A stretch of 64,000 nucleotides of DNA from the human T2T-CHM13v2.0 reference genome, Homo sapiens. Location of the stretch: NCBI RefSeq assembly GCF_009914755.1, contig NC_060931.1, one strand, 5' to 3'. The notes beneath the pieces were generated by a model. It was not told the DNA's origin. It made no database searches and was given only the letters and a program-made list of their open reading frames with translations. Below are positions 54,944 to 64,000 of this stretch, piece after piece. A program made the translations under genes and the position numbers. The number at the start of each line of letters is the position of its first letter. Within the stretch, counting starts at the first letter, position 1.

Positions 54944-57900
54944 TAGAGACAGGGTCTTGCTACGTTGCCCAACTGATCTTGAACTCCTAGTCTCAAGTGA
55001 TCCTCCTACCTCGGCCTCCCAAAGCACTGGGATTACAGGTACATGTGACCACACCCCACCTACCTCTGAGACTTTCCATCCACTTTTTCTTTCTGGTGGA
55101 AATGAATGCCCAGGGGCAAACTTCCCTAAGGCGGTCACCTCTCATTGCCCCAACTCTCTGCTCCCTCCCTCTCCCTGCCCCTGCCGAGACACTTGGGCCT
55201 GCCCTTCCTTCTCAGTGGGACCTTTCACCTGGTCTGTCCCCGACATTCCCATTACCCAGATGACTCGCTGGGAGAGGGATGGTTGGGACCACCCTATCCC
55301 TGCCTGTGCCTGCACAGAGCCCTCACGTGGCCTCGTCACAGACAGAGTTGACTTCCCACGCCTTGACGTTGGGCTTGGCCATGTGGCTCTCAGAAGTGGC
55401 CGGGGCCCAATGCTGAGCCTAGGCCTTGAGAGAGCTCTTAAGCCCAACTTTTCCTCTTAAGCCACGGGTCTGGCAGGATAAACAACGCATGCAGAGAGGA
55501 CCACAGACCTGGAGCAGCTGACCCCTGGCCAGCCCATCACCGCAGGAGCGAGGCCACTGGGGGTCTGCATGGCCACCCAGCAGCCCTACGTGCCCCTGAG
55601 ATGCACACAGGTGGCGGCTGGTTGTCACATAGCAGCAGGTGACCAATGCAGCCTTGGGGCGGCCGACTCCTTCTCACTCGCTCCCCCATCCATACCCACG
55701 ATCTCACCTCTGGGCTACAGACCCCTGGGTCCAAGCCTGGGCATGACTTCCCAATAGTCATCAAACCCCAGCAGATGACCCTCCCTGACCTGGGTCTCAG
55801 GGACAGGGCCTCCGCCCACCCCCACACCTGTCCTCACCCTTCCCTTCCCCTCTCCTCTGCCTGCACCCCCGACCCCACCTCCCATCCACTCTCCCTCCTA
55901 ATGTGTGCACCCTGCCCCGCCTCCTTCCCTGCTGCCCCCACGGCAGCCCCAGGCTACAACCCACTCTCGCCTGGACAGCACAGCCTCCTAACTGGACTCC
56001 CTGCCTTCCCTGGGGCCCCCACTCATTCTCTGTGCATCACCAGACAGCTTTTTTTTTTTTTTTTTTGAGACACAGTTTCGCTCTTTTTGCCCAGGCTGTA
56101 GTGCAATGGCATGATCTTGGCTCACCGCAACCTCCGCCTCCTGGGTTCAAGTGATTCTCCCGCCCCAGCCTCCCGGGTAGCTGGGATTACATGCACCCAC
56201 CACCACACCCAGCTAATTTTTGTATTTTCAGTAGAATCAGGGTTTCACCATGTTGGCCAGGCTGGTCTGGAACTCCTGACCTCAGGTGATCTGCCCAACT
56301 CGGTCTCCTAAAGTGCTGGGATTACAGGCATGGGCCACCACGCTCGGCCCAGACAGCTCGTTTTAAAGCCAATCTGACCATATCACATCCCCACATCTAA
56401 CCTCAGAGAGCTTCTCATTTTCCTTAGGGCCAACACGGAACTCCTTCCCAAGCCCCGCAGGACCTGCCTCCTCCCTGGTCCCAAGGCGGCTCTCTTGCCT
56501 CATCTGCAGTTGACTAAGCTGCAGCCAGTCCAGCCTTCTCATCCACCCGGGTAACAGCCTCAGGATCTCTGCTCCTGCGGTTCCCTGGCCCCAGCTAGCC
56601 CAGCCCGTCCGTCTCAAGCCTTGCTCAGATCTGCCTCCCCCAGGGGAGGCTCCAGCAGCCCCGCCCGGCACATGTGGCATCATGGCCACTCACCCGGGGT
56701 CAGCGGCTGCTCCGCAGCCCCGCCACGTGGCAGGTGCTCGTCCTCAGAGAAGCTCGAGTCTTGGTTGGGTTCAAAGTCCTCCTCGGCTGCCATGCTCTCC
56801 ATCAGCTTGCTCACAGCGCCCCCCTTGCTGAGGTTCTGGGGACAGAGCATGGCCGACAAATGACTTAGGACCTGAACGGGGGTCCTGCCGGGCTGGGGAC
56901 CCTCTCTGGAAACCTGGAGCCACAGTCAGGCCACAGGGGGAATCTGTCATGTGCATGGCAGGGATCCCAGTTAGGGGCACCCCAGAGGCCAGGGGGAGGG
57001 TGAAATGGGCCCAAAACCCAGCTGGCCCATGCTCAGTACTTGGTGCTCAATACTCAGTACTCTGTGCTCAGTATCAGCACTCAGCACTCAGTACTCACTA
57101 CCATACCTCTGTTCATCACTATGGCAGGTGCCTCCGTTCCCTTCTTAGAGAAACTTCAGCAGCATCTCCAGCATTTCCACCCAATGGGCTTGAGGAAAAA
57201 CCACTTGGGCAGGGGCTAGCAGGTGTCAGGAGTGGGCATGCCATCATCTGCCACTTGGGCAGATTCACCCAAGCCTGAGGGCCCTGTAAGGACCTGGTGC
57301 TGGGCTGAGGGCCTGTCACCCAGGTCTCCTGGTCTCTGTTCCAGTGTCCCTCGCCCCCGCTAGAGCAGACATTTCCTGAGGACAGGAGCAGAGTCCCCAG
57401 TATCTCCTTATCCCTGGAGCACGGGGACAGCCACGTCACCCTCGTCACCCGCAACCTCTCTGAGCCACAGCTACAGGGGGGATGAATACAGAGCAGCAGG
57501 TGGAGCCCCTGGCCCCGACCACAGGAGCATGGCTCAGCCCCCCACAGCCCCCCACCAGGGCACGGTGAGCCTCACCTCCTTCTTCACCTCCTTCCCTTTG
57601 GCCTTGGCTTTGCTCCTTCTGGCAGCAGTCAGGGAGATGCCGTGAGGAGCCCTGGCCTCAGAGGGCAAGGCGGGAGCTTGGGGTGGCAGCAGCCCAGCTC
57701 CTGGCATGGCCTCTTTCCCTTTCTTCTTCTGAAGGAGGAAGCAGCAGAGAGGATCCATGAAATAGCAGGGAAAGTGCAGGCAGCACTCCTGTCCCCCTGA
57801 CTCACTCACTCCCAAGTTCTGTGCCACCCCAAGTGTGCCCTCCCAGGAGGAACAAAACGCCCCTTCTCTCTCTCCCTGCAAGTGTTTTTGGTTTTGGGGT

Positions 57901-57957
57901 TTTTTTTGTTTTTTTTTTTTTTGAGACGGAGTCTCGCTCTCACCCAGGCTGGAGTGA

Positions 57958-58086
<129 letters not shown>

Positions 58087-58998
58087 TAGAGACGGGGTTT
58101 TACCGTGTTCGCGAGGATGGTCTCGATCTCCTGACTTTGTGATTCGCCCGCCTCGGCCTCCCAAAGTGCTGGGATTACAGGCGTGAGCAACCGCGCCCGC
58201 CCGGCTTTTTTTTTTTTTTTTTTGGAGACAAGGTCTCGCTCTGTTGCCCAGGCCAGAGGACTGTGGCACCATCACCACTAAATGCAGCCTCGACCTCCCG
58301 TGCTCACGTTATCCTCCTACCTCAGCCTCCTGAGTAGCTGGACTACAGGTGCACACCACCACACCCAGCTAAGTTTTTATTTTTTATTTTTTTAGAGACA
58401 GGGTCTTCCTATGTTGCCCAGGCTGGTCTCAAACTCCTGGCCTCAAGCAATCCTCCTGCCTTGGCCTTCCAAAGTGCTGGGATTACAGGCTGTTTTTAAT
58501 GTTTATTATCTTATTACTAGTATATATTACTTGTTGCCCCATCTGCCCAAAAAAGACAACACTGAAGTGTATGTATGTTGCAAGTTCCTCTCCAGTGACC
58601 CTCCTACCAACTCCACAGAGTCAGCTACTAGTAACAGCATGGTATATCCTTCTAGAACTTTCCACAAGCACACACAACCCTGTAAATATGAAGGCTACGC
58701 AGACACAACCATGCAGACACAGTATTTAAAAAAAAAAAGTGGGAATTTACCAATAGTCCTGCTTTGCAACGTTTCCCCCCTAACATGACTGATACATATA
58801 AAAGGAGCTTCATTTTAACAGCAGCCTATTGAGCCAAGGTATGGAGAAACCGTAATGCACTTACTTTAACCACCCCCGCGATGAGAAGGGCCTGTAGGCT
58901 GCCTCCGTTTTCTCACTCTCTGTTTTGTTGTTGTTTTTGAGACAGGGTCTTGCTCTGTTGCCCAGGCTGGAGTGCCGTGGTGCAATGACAGCCGACTA

Positions 58999-59298
<300 letters not shown>

Positions 59299-60525
59299 TT
59301 AAGAAAAAGAAGGCCAGGCGCGGTGACTCATGCCTGTAATCCCAGCACTTTGGGAGGCCGAGGCGGGCGGATCACGAGGTTAGGAGATCGAGACCATCCT
59401 GGCTAACACGGTGAAACCCCATCTCTACTAAAAATATAAAAAAGTAGCCGGGCATGGTGGCACGCACCTGTAGTCCCAGCTACTTGGGAGGCTGAGGCAG
59501 GAGAATCGCTTGAACCAGGAGACGGACGTTGCAGTGAGCCGAGATCGTGCCACTGCACTCCAGCCTGGGCGACAGAGTGAGACTCTGTGTCAAAAAACAA
59601 ACAAACAACAACAACAACAAAAACAAATGGTCAAGGCCAGGAGAGGTAGAAAAGTAATAAATAAAGATAATAATGGTAAAATGTTACCAAGACAACAACA
59701 GAAGTCACAGTGTCCATATCCAAAATGAAAGTCAAAGCAAAGAGCATTAAAAGAAACAAAAAATGGCATGTTCTAGGGAAAAAGAATATACAGTTTAATC
59801 CCCATTTTGGGGGGGGAGACTATATATATGTATGTGTGTTTGTGTGTGTGTGTGTGTGTCTGTGTGTTTTATTTTCTTGTTGCTGCTGAACTCTTTAATG
59901 CAAGTCATCCTTCTGGAATCAGAGGCATCTTAGGCGCTGAAGGAATGTTAGTGGCGCTGTCCCCTTATCTCTGGGATCTGTCATTAAGCAGATAGCTGCA
60001 GCTCCTGGTACATGTCCCTGCAGCTGTACCCACGGGGGAACAAAAGGAAATGACAGCAGAAAAAAAAAGGCCTGAATGGATTTTTCTTTTATCTTCCAAA
60101 TTACTGTTATAATCAGATAAAACCAGTAACTGTTTCTTTCCCTTTGATCAGAAAACCCACGGCTGGGAGCCTTCCCCTACTTTTTTGTAAAAAAAAAAAA
60201 ATAAAGTAAATAAGAAAATAATTTCCGATGTGATAGAAGTTCTGTAAGCAAAACAGAGACACTGCCTGCTTTGGTAATTATGACAGCAAAACACCATCAT
60301 CACCCAAACCACCAACCGCCAGCAGGGTCAGTGGTGGGAGACAGGCAGGCAGTGGAATGGCATTCAACCATTTAAAAATACTGACAGCCAGGCGCGGTGG
60401 CTCACGCCTGTAATCCCAGCACTTCGGGAGGCCAAGGCAGGCAGATCACTTGAGGCCAGGGGTTCGAGACCAGCCCAGCCAACATGGTGAAACCCCATCT
60501 CTACTAAAAATACAAAAATTAGTCA

Positions 60526-60666
<141 letters not shown>

Positions 60667-60669
60667 TCA

Positions 60670-60837
<168 letters not shown>

Positions 60838-60840
60838 TCA

Positions 60841-61168
<328 letters not shown>

Positions 61169-62421
61169 TAGGCTGGTCTCGAACTCCTGACCTCGTGATC
61201 CACCCGCCTCGGACTCCCAAAGTGCTGGGATTACACGTATGAGCCATTGCGCCCGGCTGAGACCACCGTCTCTTATTAAAAGAAAAATTAGCTAGGTGTG
61301 TTGGTGTGCACCTGTGGTCCCATCTACTCAGAGGAGACTGAGGCAGGAAAACTGCTCAAACTTGGAAATTCGAGGCTGCAGTGAGCTACAATCAGCACTG
61401 CACTCCAGACTGGGAAACAGAGCAAGACTCTTGTCTCTTATAAATAAATACAATAAAAATATTGATAGAAGACTGGGCATGGTGGCTCATGCCTATAATT
61501 GCAACACTTTGGGAGGCTGAGGTGGGCCGATCACCTGAGGTCAGGAGTTCAAGACGAGACTGGCCAACATGGCAAAACCTTGTCTCTACTAAAAATACAA
61601 AAATGAGCTGGGCATGGTGGTGAGCACCTGTAATCCCAGCTACTCGGGAGGCTGAGGCAAGAGAATCGCTTGAATCTGGGAGGCAGAGGTTTCAGCGAGC
61701 CAAGATCTCACCACTGTACTCCAGTCTGGGCAGTAGGACAGATTCTGTCTTTAAAAAAAAAAAGATAGAAAATAAAAGTAAAAGCCCATCCCATGTGGCA
61801 GTACACATGATATAACACAGACTGAACTAAGTCTGAAAAGCAGAATACAGCCAGGCACGGTGGCCCACGACTGCAATCCCAGCACTTTGGGAGGCTGAGG
61901 TGGGCAGATCATTTGAGGTCAGGAGTTCTCTCTGGCCACCCTGCAGTTTGTTGTGAGTCTTCCCTCCTGCACAGGTGGGGAAGCCCTTCAAGGTCCACTC
62001 CACAGTTTTCTTGAGTGTGGGACACTTTACGATCCACAGATATTTGACAGGACCCGTGAATGGAAGGAAATAAAAGATTTTTTGTTCATTTTTGCAGACA
62101 CAGTCACAGGATCCTAGAGGATGTATTTAGAATATGACATCTAAATATAATTTTCTCCTGGGTTTTTCAGAAAATTCCCATCATCTGCCATGCAGAACTG
62201 TGTAAACCCAATTTGCTTATGCAAACTCTGAACTCACTATTCTCACAGCCTCCCAAAGCCTGACCCTATCAGGTGCTCCCCTGTCTTTTTGACCAAGATT
62301 GCTTGTTTGATTTTGAACACAGTCATTTCCCAGGGAGCCTGGCGATTTTCTATCTCTTCTGTTTAGGCCGACACCTTCCTCACTGCAGAAATAGGCCTTG
62401 GGGGCTCTTGCTCCCCTGTGA

Positions 62422-62775
<354 letters not shown>

Positions 62776-63487
62776 TAGCTAAGTCTTCAGGGACCCCCTC
62801 CCGTCATCGCTGTATTCCTTCTTAGCGGTTAGCAACTCAAATACACAGCCTACTGCCCCCTGACAAGGAGAGCGTGTGAACCAGGAAGACAGCCTTGGCT
62901 CCTCTGTCCTGTGTTCAAGTCCCCAAGATGACCAAGAGGAAGAGGAGGTGGCAAAGTGACAATAGCGAAAGCACCAATACTGAGAATATGGCCATTTCTG
63001 GACATCAAGCAGTAAACAGTTCAAAAGCTTCAAGTGCAGACCAGGTATGGCGGCTCACACCTGTAATTTCAGCGCTTTGGTGGCTGAGGCAGGAGGCTCA
63101 CTTGAGGTTAGAAGTTTGAGACCAGCCTGGGCAACATAGCGATACCTCATCTCTGCAAAAAACACAAAAATTAGCCGGGCATGGTGGTGCACACCTGTAG
63201 TCTCAGCTACTCAGGAGACTGAGGCAGGAGGATTACTTCAGCCAAAGATTTTGAGGCTGGAGTGAGCTGTGATTGTCCCATAGCGCTCCAGCCTGGGTGA
63301 CATAATGAGACTCTGTCTTTTTTTTTTTTTTTTTTTGGAGCTAAGAGTTTGGGTCTGTCACCCATGCTGGGGTACAGTGGCATGATCTCAGCTCACTGCA
63401 ACCTCTGCCTCCTGGGTTCAAGTGATTCTCCTGCCTCATCTTTCCGAGTACCTGGGACTATAGGTATGCACCACCACGCCCAGCTAA

Positions 63488-63938
<451 letters not shown>

Positions 63939-64000
63939 TAAAGCCATTTTGAAAAGAGAGAGTAAGAAGTAAACGAACACACTTCCTGGCCTTGGTCCCG

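Noticed and set aside
57030-57100. Short periodic repeats (CTCAGTA/CTCAGCA; also an 18-mer at 53465-53507) resembling an array
   Set aside because: These are simple tandem repeats with no spacers, in eukaryotic DNA, so not CRISPR.
62779-63033. 84-aa ORF on - as a further TNRC18 exon
   Set aside because: It has no recognisable TNRC18 sequence or convincing splice boundaries.

Overview
Alu-dense primate DNA (human or great ape), most consistent with a chromosome 7 segmental-duplication mosaic. It contains no intact protein-coding gene. (1) From about 27.8 kb onward it is an unprocessed copy of the tail-to-tail SLC29A4-TNRC18 locus. The SLC29A4 (ENT4/PMAT) copy on + is 5'-truncated: only the last 5 exons remain (29253-~36365), but they splice into an unbroken frame. 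The TNRC18 copy on - has its last 11 exons (~39015-57728), with two nonsense codons and one mutated splice donor, yet an intact terminal BAH-domain module. (2) The left ~27 kb holds a lone, frameshifted CUX1/CASP-like exon (17508-17585, -), so it is probably a separate CUX1-derived duplicon. (3) A full-length, retrotransposition-dead L1PA2/3-type element (6994-13015, -) points its antisense promoter at the headless SLC29A4 copy, and its ORF0 splice donor 1 is phase-compatible with the first SLC29A4 acceptor. This predicts, without any expression evidence, a 359-aa ORF0-ENT4 fusion. Other oddities are a 160-bp templated insertion inside an Alu copied from 12 kb upstream, a candidate alternative terminal exon in a TNRC18 intron, and several tandem duplications. 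Gene identities, parent exon numbers and parent residues come from recalled sequences, not from a database search.
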